The notes under the pieces: model-generated
The model's input: the letters and a program-made list of their open reading frames with translations, nothing else
What the model was told of the DNA's origin: nothing
Database searches by the model: none
Translations under genes and position numbers: made by a program
Assembly (NCBI GenBank): GCA_965240325.2
Contig: OZ251233.1
Location: 1,364,001 to 1,428,000, forward strand
Direction of reading: 5' to 3'
Source: Rebecca billardiae RCC1528
Taxonomy: Eukaryota; Protista; Haptophyta
DNA: 64,000 nt
Shown: piece after piece, positions 11,406 to 22,500 of the stretch
Layout: the number at the start of each line of letters is the position of its first letter
Position numbering within the stretch: the first letter of the stretch is position 1

Positions 11406-14400
11406 ATGATGGTGCGCACGGTTGTCGCGGTGCTCGCGGCGTCGTTCGCGCCGTCGGCGAGCTCAGCGACGATCGCTGCGCATCGCGTCTTGGAGGTCCA
11501 TCCGCGTCGACTGAGTGTCGCCCCGCCGTCTCCGCCGCAGCCCAGCCCGCCGCCGCCTCGACCGCCGCCGCGGCCGCCGCCACCGCCAGAACCGCCGCGG
11601 CCACCACCATCGCCTCCTCCGAGCCCCTGGCCGCCGCCGCCGCCTGTGCCACCACCTCCGTCGCCTCCGAGCGAGCCCCCGTCGCCGCCACCCTCGCCGC
11701 CGCCGAGTCCGCCCCCGTCGCCCCCACCGCCGCCAGAACCGCCGCCTCCGCCGTTCCCGTCACCTCCGCCGCCTCGACCGCCTTCGCCGCCGCCCGCGCC
11801 ACCGTCTTCGCCACCGCCTCCGTCGCCATTCCCGTCCCCACCCCCATCCCCACCGCCACCCCGGCCTCCTCCGCCACCGACTCCTTCTCCGCCACCACCA
11901 GCGCCGCCGCGTCCGCCACCGCCACCGGCGGCTCCGCCGAGTCGGCCACCGCCTTCACCCCCTCCGCGTGCGCCGCCCAACGCGCCACCGCCCTCGACGC
12001 CGCCGCACCCTCCGCCGAGCCCACCCCCGCGCCCACCGCCCAGTCCCCCGCCGTCGCCACCCCCGCGGCTGCCGCCAATGCCGCCGCCGAGCCCGCCGCC
12101 AGGCCCGCCGCCAAGCCCGCCGCCAAGCCCGCCACCTCCTAGCCCACCACCGAGCCCACCACCGAGCCCGCCGCCACCTGCGCCACCACCATCGCCACCG
12201 CCTAGTCCGCCGCCTCCACGCCCGCCGCCCAGCCCGCCGCCGAGTCCACCACCCGGTCCGCCTCCCAGCCCGCCACCCAGCCCGCCGCCACCGGGCCCAC
12301 CGCCGAGCCCGCCGCCGAGCTCGCCGCCGAGCCCGCCGCCGAGCCCGCCGCCGAGCCCGCCAAGCCCGCCGCCAAGCCCGCCGCCAAGCCCGCCGCCCTC
12401 GCCGCCACCATCGCCGCCATCGCCTCCGCCGGCGCCGCCGCCCTCGCCGCCGCCACCTCACTTGCCGCCGAGCCCACCGCCGAGCCCGCCGCCCGATCCG
12501 CCGCCCAGTCCGCCGCCCTCGCCCAGCCCGCCGCCGAGCCCGCCCGCGTCCCCGCCCCGCCCGCCGCCGGTGCCGCCGCCGATCCCGCCGCCATCGCCGC
12601 CGCCAGCGCGCCCACCGCGCCCACCTCCATCGCCGCCGCCACCGCCGAGCTCGCCACCGCCGAGCTCGCCACCCCGAGCTCCGCCCGTTCCGCCCCCGCC
12701 AGCGGCGCCACCATCGCCGCCGCCCAGCCCACCACCGCCACCGTCGCCACCATCGCCGCCCGGGCCTCCGCCCGCTCCGCCCATCCCGCCCTCGCCTCCG
12801 CCCTCGCCTCCGCCCTCGCCTCCGCCCTGGCCTCCCCCTCATCGTCCACCGCGGCCACCGCCGGGCTCACCACCAGCACCTCCACCTGGGCCGCCACCCG
12901 CTCCGCCGCCCCAGCCGCCGCCGACGCCGCCGCCCACTCCGCCGCCCAGCCCGCCACCAGCTCCGCCGCCGCACCCTCCACCGCGTCCGCCACCGGCGCC
13001 GCCGCCGCACACGCCACCGGCGCCGCCGCCCAGCGCTCCGCCGCCTCCGCCACCCGCGCCTCCGCCCCGCGCGCCCCCGAGCCCACCGGCCGGCGCGCCG
13101 CCACTGCAGCCGCCCCCGCCGCCCCATCGGCCGCCACCCGACGCACCGCCGTCGTGGCCCCCGCCTTCGCCACCACCGCACCCGCCGTCGCGCCCGCCGC
13201 CGCGCTCGCCGCCGCGCCCGCCGCCTCCACCACCACTGTCGCCGCCGCCACAGCCGCTGCAGCCGCCGCGCAGCCCTCCAGCTCGACCGCCACCACTGCC
13301 ACCGCCAACTCCACCGCCGGCTTTGCCGCCGCCGCCTTCGCCGCGCACACCTCCGAGCGCTCCGCCCGCGCAGCCGCCGCCCTCGCCACGGCCTCCACCG
13401 CCTCGCAGCGCGCCCCCGCGCCCTCCGCCTTGGCCTTCGCCGGCGCTACCACTACCGCCCAGCTCGCCGCCGATGCCGCCGCCCGGTGGCGCACCGCAAA
13501 GCCCGCCGTCGCCAAGCCCACCGGCGCCGCCGCGGTTGCTGCCTCTACCACCGCCGCCCCGCCCGCTCCCGCCGCCCGCTCCGCCCCTCACCTCACCATC
13601 GCAGTCGCCCTCGCCGCCCGAGGCGCCACCCTCGCCACCGCCCTGGCCACCGCCCTCGCTGCCGCCGAGTGCGCCCCCGTCAGCCCCGCCGGGCGCGGCG
13701 CAGCCCAGCTCCCCGCCAGAGGCGCCGCCTTTCCTCCCGCCCTCCCCGCCCCCCCCGCCCTCAGCGCCGCCGCTTCCGACCCCTCCGCCCTCGCCGCCGC
13801 GAGCGCCGCCGCCACCCTTGGCGCCGCCATCACCGCCACTCTCGTCGCCGCCAAGCCTGCCGCCGCCGCCGCCTGCGCCGCCCTCACAGCCGCCATCACC
13901 GCCGCCGTTGCCGCCGCCCTCGCCGCCGCCGACGGCCGCAGACGACGGGGGCGGCGCAGACGGGCCAGGGCAGGGCGCGGGCAAGGGCGTCGGCCATGGC
14001 TTCGGCCAGCAGGACGACGCCGACGCTCCGGCGGTCGACGAGGCGGCCACGACGGTCGACACGACCGCTGCACTCGGCACAGGCGCGATCGTGGGCGTGG
14101 CCGCGGGCGGGGTGGGCATGCTGCTGCTCTGCGCGTGCGCTGGGTGCGCGCTGCGGCGCTGGGTGCGCGAGAAGCGTCGGTTCGGGCCGGCCGGCCTCGG
14201 CGGGCTCGACGGCAGGGGCAGCTATTCCTCGCCGGTGTCCGCGCCGCCGGCCACGCCGCCGAGGGCCGCGAGCGCGGCGGGTGGCGGCACGAGCAGGCAA
14301 GGCTCGCCGAGCGTGTTCGCGCGCCGCCCGCCCAGCGCGGAGTCGGAGGGCGCCGTGCGCAGGGTGCCGCTCAGCGCGCGCAGCGACGCGCCCGCGGGCG

Positions 14401-15659
14401 GGCGCACGACGCCGCGGCGCGGCCCGACAGCCGCCGAGACGCGCAGCCCCAACGCGCTCGAGCTCGCGCTGCCGCCGCTCGAGCGCCCCCAGAGCGCGCG
14501 GGGCGCCATCCGCGGCCTGACGGAGGGCGGGCGGCGCGGCACGCCGAGCGGCGCCTCGAGCGCGCGCGCGCGGCACGCGGTGATTGCGCCCGTGCGCTCG
14601 GGCGCGCCTGCCGCCAACGGCGGCGACACGCCGCGCTCGGCGCGCGGCCACGGCAGCGCTCGCTCTGATGCGCAACTGCCGAGGGCGGAGCGCGCCACCA
14701 GTCCGGCCCGGCCCGAGCAGGTCACCGCGGAGATTGCGCGCACGCCGCGGCCGGCTGCCGCGCCGCCGCCCACGCCGCCGCCTCGCGCGCGGCCGCCAGG
14801 GTCGGATCGGTCCCCGCAGCGCGCTCGCGCGTGGGAGGCGGCGGCCGAGGGCTCCGGTGAGCCCGCGGCTGGCGGCGCGGAGCATTGGGCGCTGCGCTTC
14901 TTGCGCGGCGGCTTTGGCGGCGGCTGGGGCGCGCTCGCGCGGGGTGGGGTCGGCGACAGCAGCGCCGCGCCGCCACCCACGCCGCTGCCTGTGGGCTCGC
15001 TTGCGCCGCGCATTCGCACGCGCCCGGCGACCGCTGCGGGGACGACGCCGTCGCCCGAGCCGCGCGCCACCGAGCTGATCAGCATCGCGCCCATACGCAC
15101 CTCGCCCACCCACGCAGCCGCAGCGCGGCGGCCGCACACCGCCGCAGTCGGCCGCGGCCCCGCCAGCCGGGCGTGGTTTGGCGTGGCGGTGGGCGGTGCG
15201 GCGTACAGGGCGAGCCCGGAGCGTGCCGGCACCGGCGCCGATCAACGCGACGGCGACGAGCTCCCGCCGATCCACGCGCCGACGCTCGCCGATCTGCCCG
15301 AGGCGCGCGAGCGCGCGAGCACGCCATTGCGTGCGGCGGCGCTCACGCCGCCTCGCGTGGCCGGTGGCTGGGCCTCGCGCGCGTCGCCGCCCAGCTCGGG
15401 GCTGCGCAGGCGCCGCGCACGCTCGCCAACAGCCGCGGCAGAGGCGAGTGCCGTCACCGCCGCGAGGCCCGGTAGCCTCGCGAGCTCGCCGCCGCGTGCC
15501 GGGACCGCAGCGGCTGACTGTGGCGCGCAAGGGCCGGGCGGCGGCCGGGCGGCTCGACCCTCACGACGGCCACTGCGCAGCATGCGCCTCAGCTTGGGCG
15601 CGAGTCCGCCCAGGGCAAGTACGCCGCCTGGCGGCGCGGTGCGCGGTGGGTGGGCGTGA
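11406..15659 (+). CDS. Extensin-like (SP3-5-rich) type I membrane protein
   Basis: Signal-peptide-like MMVRTVVAVLAASFAPSASS, RRLS motif, about 800 aa of PPSPP repeats, single TM (LGTGAIVGVAAGGVGMLLLCACAGCAL) followed by RRWVREKRR, long disordered S/P/R-rich tail. ATG chosen at 11406 inside ORF 11154..15659. Confidence 0.8.
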   Translation: MMVRTVVAVLAASFAPSASSATIAAHRVLEVHPRRLSVAPPSPPQPSPPPPRPPPRPPPPPEPPRPPPSPPPSPWPPPPPVPPPPSPPSEPPSPPPSPPPSPPPSPPPPPEPPPPPFPSPPPPRPPSPPPAPPSSPPPPSPFPSPPPSPPPPRPPPPPTPSPPPPAPPRPPPPPAAPPSRPPPSPPPRAPPNAPPPSTPPHPPPSPPPRPPPSPPPSPPPRLPPMPPPSPPPGPPPSPPPSPPPPSPPPSPPPSPPPPAPPPSPPPSPPPPRPPPSPPPSPPPGPPPSPPPSPPPPGPPPSPPPSSPPSPPPSPPPSPPSPPPSPPPSPPPSPPPSPPSPPPAPPPSPPPPHLPPSPPPSPPPDPPPSPPPSPSPPPSPPASPPRPPPVPPPIPPPSPPPARPPRPPPSPPPPPSSPPPSSPPRAPPVPPPPAAPPSPPPSPPPPPSPPSPPGPPPAPPIPPSPPPSPPPSPPPWPPPHRPPRPPPGSPPAPPPGPPPAPPPQPPPTPPPTPPPSPPPAPPPHPPPRPPPAPPPHTPPAPPPSAPPPPPPAPPPRAPPSPPAGAPPLQPPPPPHRPPPDAPPSWPPPSPPPHPPSRPPPRSPPRPPPPPPLSPPPQPLQPPRSPPARPPPLPPPTPPPALPPPPSPRTPPSAPPAQPPPSPRPPPPRSAPPRPPPWPSPALPLPPSSPPMPPPGGAPQSPPSPSPPAPPRLLPLPPPPRPLPPPAPPLTSPSQSPSPPEAPPSPPPWPPPSLPPSAPPSAPPGAAQPSSPPEAPPFLPPSPPPPPSAPPLPTPPPSPPRAPPPPLAPPSPPLSSPPSLPPPPPAPPSQPPSPPPLPPPSPPPTAADDGGGADGPGQGAGKGVGHGFGQQDDADAPAVDEAATTVDTTAALGTGAIVGVAAGGVGMLLLCACAGCALRRWVREKRRFGPAGLGGLDGRGSYSSPVSAPPATPPRAASAAGGGTSRQGSPSVFARRPPSAESEGAVRRVPLSARSDAPAGGRTTPRRGPTAAETRSPNALELALPPLERPQSARGAIRGLTEGGRRGTPSGASSARARHAVIAPVRSGAPAANGGDTPRSARGHGSARSDAQLPRAERATSPARPEQVTAEIARTPRPAAAPPPTPPPRARPPGSDRSPQRARAWEAAAEGSGEPAAGGAEHWALRFLRGGFGGGWGALARGGVGDSSAAPPPTPLPVGSLAPRIRTRPATAAGTTPSPEPRATELISIAPIRTSPTHAAAARRPHTAAVGRGPASRAWFGVAVGGAAYRASPERAGTGADQRDGDELPPIHAPTLADLPEARERASTPLRAAALTPPRVAGGWASRASPPSSGLRRRRARSPTAAAEASAVTAARPGSLASSPPRAGTAAADCGAQGPGGGRAARPSRRPLRSMRLSLGASPPRASTPPGGAVRGGWA

Positions 15660-15690
15660 TGACACCGCGCCGTTTGGCTTAGATGTGCAC

Positions 15691-16101
15691 TCACAGAATG
15701 GGCTTTGCGTCCCATCGTCCGACTGGGACGCGGACGTGCCACAGGCACGTGGCGCGCGGTCGGGCGACCAGCCGCGGTGCGCGGGCCGCACCGTCCGAGT
15801 CGGACCGCGCCGGGCCGCGCCGCCCCGGGGCCCGTCGGACCGGGGCTGCCGTCTGGCACGCAGTCCGTGTGACGTGCGTGGGCCGAGCGGGAGTCACGGA
15901 TGAGCCGCCAACCAGCGAGTCCGGGACAGTGCGCACATACGCTGCATCCAGGTCCTCGATGTGGTCGCGTCGGTGCGCGATGCCGCCTCCACGCGGGATG
16001 CCGGCCGGGAAGTGGCAGCCATTGTTCATCACCTGGGTGGAGATCCAGGTGCTGGTGGAAGCCTGGAACCACGGCCCTTGCTGGAACACCCGTTCGATCA
16101 T
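15691..16101 (-). CDS. Small hypothetical protein, possibly with one in-frame intron
   Basis: GC3-rich codons for MIERVFQQGPWFQASTSTWISTQVMNNGCHFPAGIP...HIEDLDAAY followed by a GTGCGC donor-like site and a GCGTGCCAG acceptor-like site; head-to-head with the Sds3-like gene. Confidence 0.4.
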   Translation of the reverse strand: MIERVFQQGPWFQASTSTWISTQVMNNGCHFPAGIPRGGGIAHRRDHIEDLDAAYVRTVPDSLVGGSSVTPARPTHVTRTACQTAAPVRRAPGRRGPARSDSDGAARAPRLVARPRATCLWHVRVPVGRWDAKPIL

Positions 16102-16208
16102 CGGCACTTCGGCCCGGGTAATAAGTAAGTTCGTTTAGCCTCCCTCAAGTTTCCGAGACCGACGAAACACAAGGGTACCTCGGCGTGTCGCCGTGCTGCG
16201 CACGCGCG

Positions 16209-17387
16209 ATGCAGTTGCGTCGCGGCGGAGGGCAGGTTGAGAGCGTGGTGAGCGGCTGCGCGCGCGGTGCGTGGCACACTCAGCCCAGCGCTCGCATGAC
16301 GCCCCGCGCCTCACGCGCGACGCGTGCACGCAGGACGGCGATGGCGGCGGCGATGAGTCCATGCCTGGCACGCAGGAGAGCGTGCGTGACGCGGACGGGC
16401 CGAGCGCGCTCCAGGCGGAGATCGACGCCATCGTGAACGGTACGCCCACCGCGCGCTGTCCTCACCCGCGCTCACCGCGCATGTGCGCCACTGGTGCGCC
16501 CCGCGCAGTCAAGCTCAGGCCGCGTGCGCACGCACGCGCGCTGCGCGCAGGCACGCACGCTGGGCTGGCCGCCGAGCTGCAGAAGCACATGCAGGCGCGC
16601 GACGCGCGGATCACATCGGCAGAGCGCAAGCGTGACGAGCAGGTCCGCAACACCAACGCCATCTTCGACGGCGAGGAGAAGCTGGTCGATGACTCGTTCC
16701 ACGACATGCTCGATTCAGTGCGCATGCGGCTGCTCGACCAGGTGTACGCCAAGTACGGCAAGCCCAACCCGCACGCGCCGACGCCGCTGGCGGAGGTGGC
16801 GCCGCCGCGGCGCGAGCGCAAGCGCGCCTCGCTGCACCACGCCACGTGGATCGCCTCTGCCGCCGCGCAGCGCAGGCGACTGCTGCCGCCCGTGCACGTG
16901 CGGTACTCGCTCAACGAGGCCGAGATCGAGGCAGACCTCGAGCGGCTGCTCTCTGAGGTGGAGAAGGTGAAGTCGCTGCGCGAGCAGGAGCACGCGCCCG
17001 CGGCGGACGAGGGCGAGGATGGCGACGCGCTCGAGGTCAGCTACGATCGCGCGCGCAACTCGATCACCATCGGCGATGTGTGCTACGACCGGTGGGCGCC
17101 CGTCACGATCGCCGAGCGTGCGGGCTCGAGCCTCTCGGGCGACTGGTGCATCACCGCACTCAGCCCGGTGGAGGTGACGCTGCGCAACGCGGAGGGCACA
17201 CGCACAAAGGTGCGCCGCGCGCGCTTGCACGCAACACCGCCGCTGACACAGGCTGCGCCCCCCTGGCCGCGCACGCCTGACCGGACGGAGTCTGCGCGCG
17301 CCCGCTCGCCGCCCGTGAACGCTCGCGCAGGTGTCGCTCGCAGCGCTGCGCAGCCGACGACTTGCGCTCACGCCACTGGGCGAGTGA
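16209..17387 (+). CDS. Sds3/BRMS1-like Sin3-HDAC complex subunit (4 exons)
   Basis: Exons 16209-16247, 16334-16439, 16551-17209, 17331-17387 with GT..AG introns. Coiled coil GTHAGLAAELQKHMQARDARITSAERKRDEQ...FDGEE; YSLNEAEIEADL; C-terminal Tudor-like ITALSPVEVTLRNAEGTRTKVSLAALR matches the SUDS3/BRMS1L layout. Confidence 0.72.
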
Positions 17388-18681
17388 TGGCATTGGCACT
17401 CCCTGCTCCGAACTGAGGCGGCCCTGGTCGATAGCAACCGCCCACCTTCATTGAGCAAGGACGCGTCTGACAGCGAGCACGGTCGTAGTCGTGGACGCCT
17501 GGTATAGTAGGACGTCTGCGTTCAAGCATGCACCCGCGCCAAATATTTTGTCTGAACGGACGCACTTGGCCGGCGCAGTCGACGGCCTTCACTGATTACA
17601 GAGGATTTATACAGACGATATGATATGCATGACGCGCAGGAGTCTCGTGATCGAGCGCGATTGACGACATAGAGTTAGTCGTCAGTCGACGTAGGTGCCA
17701 GAGTGCCGCCCGCACCGCGGTCAAGCAGCATGCCAGCACGGCTGACTAAGCTGCTGCAGCACGATCCGCCTGCGCGGCAGCGCCCCAGTCGGGTTGCAAG
17801 GCCGGATCATGAGATGACCGCGCGGTCTCAGCCGCTGTTAGCAGCTGGTCCAGCCGTCCCGGTGTGCCCTGTTTGGCCGCGCGCGCTTTTGCCGTTCAGC
17901 GTTCTGCAATGTTCAAAGTGGCTTGGCTGGCGGTGGATGCACCGCTGCGGCTGGCGGGGAACGGTCCGCCCCCGGCAGACAATCCTCGTTGATTGTAGTG
18001 ACGATCAACGGCATTGCCGCAGGGGCGCTTGTACTTCGTGCGCGGAGGAAGGCAGGCCCGCCAGCACAAGCGTCCCGGACTGAGCTCCGAGGTCGTCCTC
18101 CCGTCAAAAGACAAGTTCGGCATGCATATTGAAGGCATGGATGACGCCTGACCACGGTTTGGGGCCCGCACGACGGGCGCGACGACACGCGAGGCGGCGG
18201 CGCGCGCTAGCGGATCGATCGCGTGGACAAGCCACGTACGGTTCCGTGCGTGCTTGACGCAGTCCGCACCCGGCCTCCTCGCGGCGGGAGGGGTCTGAAG
18301 TTCTGACCAGGGGACCAAACGGCGTTTTGGGTGGGTTTCTTTCCCATGTCCAAATGGGCGAGGGCGCGGGGTTTGTGCGCGTGCGTAGGCGCTCTGCGTG
18401 TGCCCAACAGGTTGGCCCACCGCACGCGCAGCGCGGCTCTAAATGCTTTGCAGACTGCGCGGTCAGCGCACGTCGCATGAGAACAGTGCACGGGCCATTT
18501 CTGTGCTTCCGCGCAGGCGTTGCGCGGGCACGAGGGGAGAAGGAGTGAGCTGTGCGTGACTGACTTGCTAGAGGACGCAATTGTCGTGGTCGTCAAGCCA
18601 TCTCCGCCGTAGAGCGAACGTCACGCTTCAACTGGCGCCTTATGAGCGCTCCTCGGTATGCTTTTTACCATATGCTATGCA

Positions 18682-19247
18682 GGGGCGTTGTTGCGCCAGC
18701 TGGACAAACGCCGCACGGCCTTTTCCATCTGCGCTTTTCAACACGAAATGTTCCGCGCTCTGTCCCACGGCAGAGCGCGGCGGATGGCGGCTCCGCCACA
18801 CATGGGCAGGCGAGTCGCCGCTGCCCGCAGAAGACGTGCGTCAGAGGCAAGGAAGCGGGCATGGCGCGTCGAGCGTGTCATGGGACTCGGTCGCGACGCT
18901 CGCCAGCATCAGCGCGCGCGGCGAAGCCACGTGCATGGGCGCCCGGCGTGCAGCGGCTTGGCCACGCCGCTCAGCTGCGGCGACCGGCCTTGCACGCGTC
19001 CTTGAGGCGCGAGGCGTCCCAGCTGCGGTCATTCGACTTGTGCGCCGGGAGACGTGTGTCAGCTAGCCAATGCGCACGCGCCGCAAGCTGCAAGGCGTGC
19101 GCAAACGTCGCGCCCGCCGTGCTCCGAAAGCGGCCGACAGCGCGAGAGGGCCCCGATCCGAAGGCGGCTCTCGTCGGGGGCCCTCCGTAGCATCCAGGAT
19201 CCTGGATGCTAGGTCCGTCAGCGTTTGTCCAGCTGGCGCAACGCTCC
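18682..19247. mobile_element. MITE-like element with about 22-bp perfect IR core
   Basis: GTTGCGCCAGCTGGACAAACGC (18690-18711) and its reverse complement (19221-19242), extending imperfectly to GGGGCG/CGCTCC; contains a 24-bp palindrome; TSD unclear. Confidence 0.6.
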
Positions 19248-19597
19248 GGAAAGCTGGTGGATGCTCCCGTCAAGGGCCGTACTCCCGTAATCCTGCGCCC
19301 CTCACCCAGCATTGCGAAACTTCATCGGGTGCGTGACATCACTGACATGACACTGTTCCTTCCCGTCCACCCAGGCAGGCTCCGCAGTCCGCCGGCAAGA
19401 CTCTTGAGTCGACCGTTGTGAGCATCGGCTTCACGTCCCACATGACGACTTCCGGCGCGCACCAGCGCCAACCGCCTGCTTCACACGCGCTGCGTACTCC
19501 TCTGATCAAGCATGCTACTCATGGGTGCCACCCGGGTCGCGGCCTTGGAAATGGAATCGCTCCGCCGCGACCTACAACAAAGCGAGTACGGGCCTCC

Positions 19598-22500
19598 TCA
19601 TCTGAAACGACTCAAACGAGTCTCGGCGGCGTGGTGAGGATGCATCAGTGAATTCTTCTGAGATGGTGACGGCATTCCCGGCCACCGTACCAGTGGCGCG
19701 CTTGCTGCGTGCCGCGCGGCGTAAGAGCGTGCGTGCAAGGCATGCGTCGCTGCAGCCGGAACATTTGCGTCGTCCATCGCCTGCATCGTATCGCCCTCGA
19801 CACTGGGCACTTGGCGGTCGCGCTGTGCGCCGTAACGCGGCGCCGACAGCAGATGCGGCTGCGGACCGGGTTGGCGCGGCGGCAGACGCCGCTGGCCCGA
19901 GTGCGCTGAGGGTATGCTCGGGGCTGGGGGCTTCGAGGGGCTCAACGGCGCGAACGCAGCAGGTGGGATCGCAGGCGGCACGGGACGTCGTGGCACCACC
20001 GACGCCGCCCCCGCCCCCGCAAAGGCGGCCGAGGGCGTCAGCGTGCGGGCTGACGCGGCTGAGGAGCGCGCGCCTGTCGGAGGTGGCGGGGGAAGCGGTG
20101 AGCGCGAACGTGCGCGCGATGCGCGGCGGCGAGCCGTCACGCTCCCCGTCCCATACGCCGACGATGGCCGTCGCGGCGAGGCGGGCGCAGAGCGTGGCGT
20201 GTGCGCTGCCGAGTTCCGCGCAGCACGCGCGCGGCGCGCACGCAAGGCCACGTCGCCGATGCGCACGCGCCACGCAGCGGCGGCAGCAGCCCACACGTCG
20301 TTCGCCTCGTGTAGCGCGTCACGCGTGCGCGCCACACGCGCCACGGCTGCGCGAGCCTCCATCTCGCCACGGGCGTCGATCAGCGACGCCCAGAGCGCCA
20401 GGCGCGCAGGGAGTACGTGTGGGCCGAGCCAGCGCCATAGCGCACGTGCATCGCCACCGGCGACCACCGCGTCCGCGTCCACGGCGGCGACCGCGGCGGC
20501 ACCAATCCATCGACGCCACGAGGCGGCGGTGCTGCCGCGCGCCCAGTGAACATGCGCCACGCGCCGTGCTGCCACCCCGCTCGCTGCGCGCGTGCGCCAG
20601 CGGCTGAGCATGCGGCTCGGATGCAGGTCAGCAGCGCGCACACGCCGCGTTGCCGCCGCCCAGCGGCGCAGCGCGTGTCGTGAAAGCGCGTACACTGCAC
20701 TGCCAGTCGGCAGCGCTCGCGCGAGCGCTGTGCACACGAGCCAGCGCTGCCACACCGCGTGCATGCGGAATGCACGCAGCGCGCTGACGCCTGCCAGCTC
20801 ATACGCCGCTGCACCCACGCCGCGGGGCCCACGCCGAAGCAACTGCGCCCAAGCGCGCAGCGCACGTGTGTGCGCTGGCACGCTCAGCGGCAGCGCCGCG
20901 TGCATGCGCGGGCGAGGGTGCGTGCGCGCATAAGCAGCGGGCGGGCCGTCAGCGGCTCCCGAGAGTGCGGCGCGCAGCCAACGCCGCGCTGCGCGACCCG
21001 CCGCGTGTGCTCGCGCCACGGGCTCAAGCGCTGCCGATGCGCATAGCGCCACGTGCGCGCGCCGCGCCTCGCCGCGCCGCGCCGCGAGCGCGCGCCACGC
21101 GCGCGTCGCAGCTGCCAGGCGCGCAGCTGCAGGCGCACGCGGCGAGAGCGAGTCGAGGTGCGCGCCCTTGTCGCTCCTGCCGAGAAGCATCACCGGCGGG
21201 GAGGCTGCGAGCGGCAGTGTGCGCAAAGCCGCCTCCGCTGAAGCCCTTGCGACGACAGCCCTCGTCCGCCGGGCCCAGCGCGCGAGCGGCAAGCGCGTAG
21301 CCGGCGCCCGATTGCGAAGATTCGCCGCATGCGCGCGCGCGGCGAGGCCTCGCAGAGCGTGGCGTGCGCGTTCTCTGAGCGCGAGATGGCCCGTGCGCTG
21401 GCGTCGCCTCCGCCGCGCTGCACGCCTCCAGCGCAGGAGCGCGCCACGCCGCGTCGCGAGCGCCGCGTCGGCGCCCCGACGCAGCTGCGCAATGCGCTCC
21501 GCCGCAGCCGCCTCAGCCGCAGCCGCGCCCCGTGCACGTGACGCGGCAGCCCGTGCGGCTGCGCGCGCGCACCACACGGCAAGCACGCTGCGCGCACGAC
21601 GCGAGAGGACGCGTAGTACGTGTGCATGCAGACGTTGCACGCACAGCGCGCCCACGCCCGCACCCGCGCTCGCCGGCGTTGGAGACGCGAGAAGCCATTT
21701 CACAAGCCACACGCGCCAGCGCGCACGAGGCGCAGCGCGGCGGCGCGGCGCGGCCGCAGCGTGTGATCGCAACAGCCGCCGTGGGCTGCGGAGGAGCCAC
21801 ACACGCACGGCGCGCGCGAGCACGAGCGCGCGCGCCATGACGTACGCGCGCTGCACCGCACACGCACGCCGCACGCCACACGCGCACACGACACGTGCGC
21901 TGTACTGCAGAGGCGCGGCCGCAGCCGCGGCCACCGTGCCGGGGCGGCTGGTGCGCAGCGCACGTGAGGGCGCGGCGCGCACGCACGGGCGGAGCGGCAC
22001 GAGCGCTGGAGTATGCGCGCGGCGGCTTGCCCAGCGCCCGAGCGCGCCCAACCGCGCACGGCGAGCCCTCGTGGCCTCTGCGCGCTCGCGGCCCAGCTCG
22101 GCCGTCATCCTGCGCGACGCCGCTGCCGCAAGCGCCTCGAGTGCGCGCAGCAGCGGCGCGCGCAGCGCACGGCGGACGTGTGCGCGACTGCCGGGCGGCT
22201 CGACGTGCTCAGCGGCGGCGTGCGCTGCGTGCGCTGCGTAGTGATGCCACGCGCCGAACGCACGCGCCGTCACGAACGCTTGCGCGGCCGCCTCGCCGAT
22301 CGCCGCCGTGGCCGCCGCCACGTGTCGCGCATGCGCGGCACGGGCCCACTCGTGCGCGGCGCGAGAGGCGCGGTGGCCGCGCAAGTGGCGAGTGCACAGC
22401 GCGTCGAGCAGCGCGCACTGCGTCCATTGCACCCACGCGCGCCATGCGCCGCGCCGCGCCACGCGCTGCCCCCACGCCGCGCCCGGCCGCTCCTCGCCCT

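Noticed and set aside
10985-14668. Gly-rich, Arg-rich and Ala-rich ORFs overlapping the extensin-like gene
   Set aside because: Antisense and alternate-frame shadows of CCG-rich repeats.
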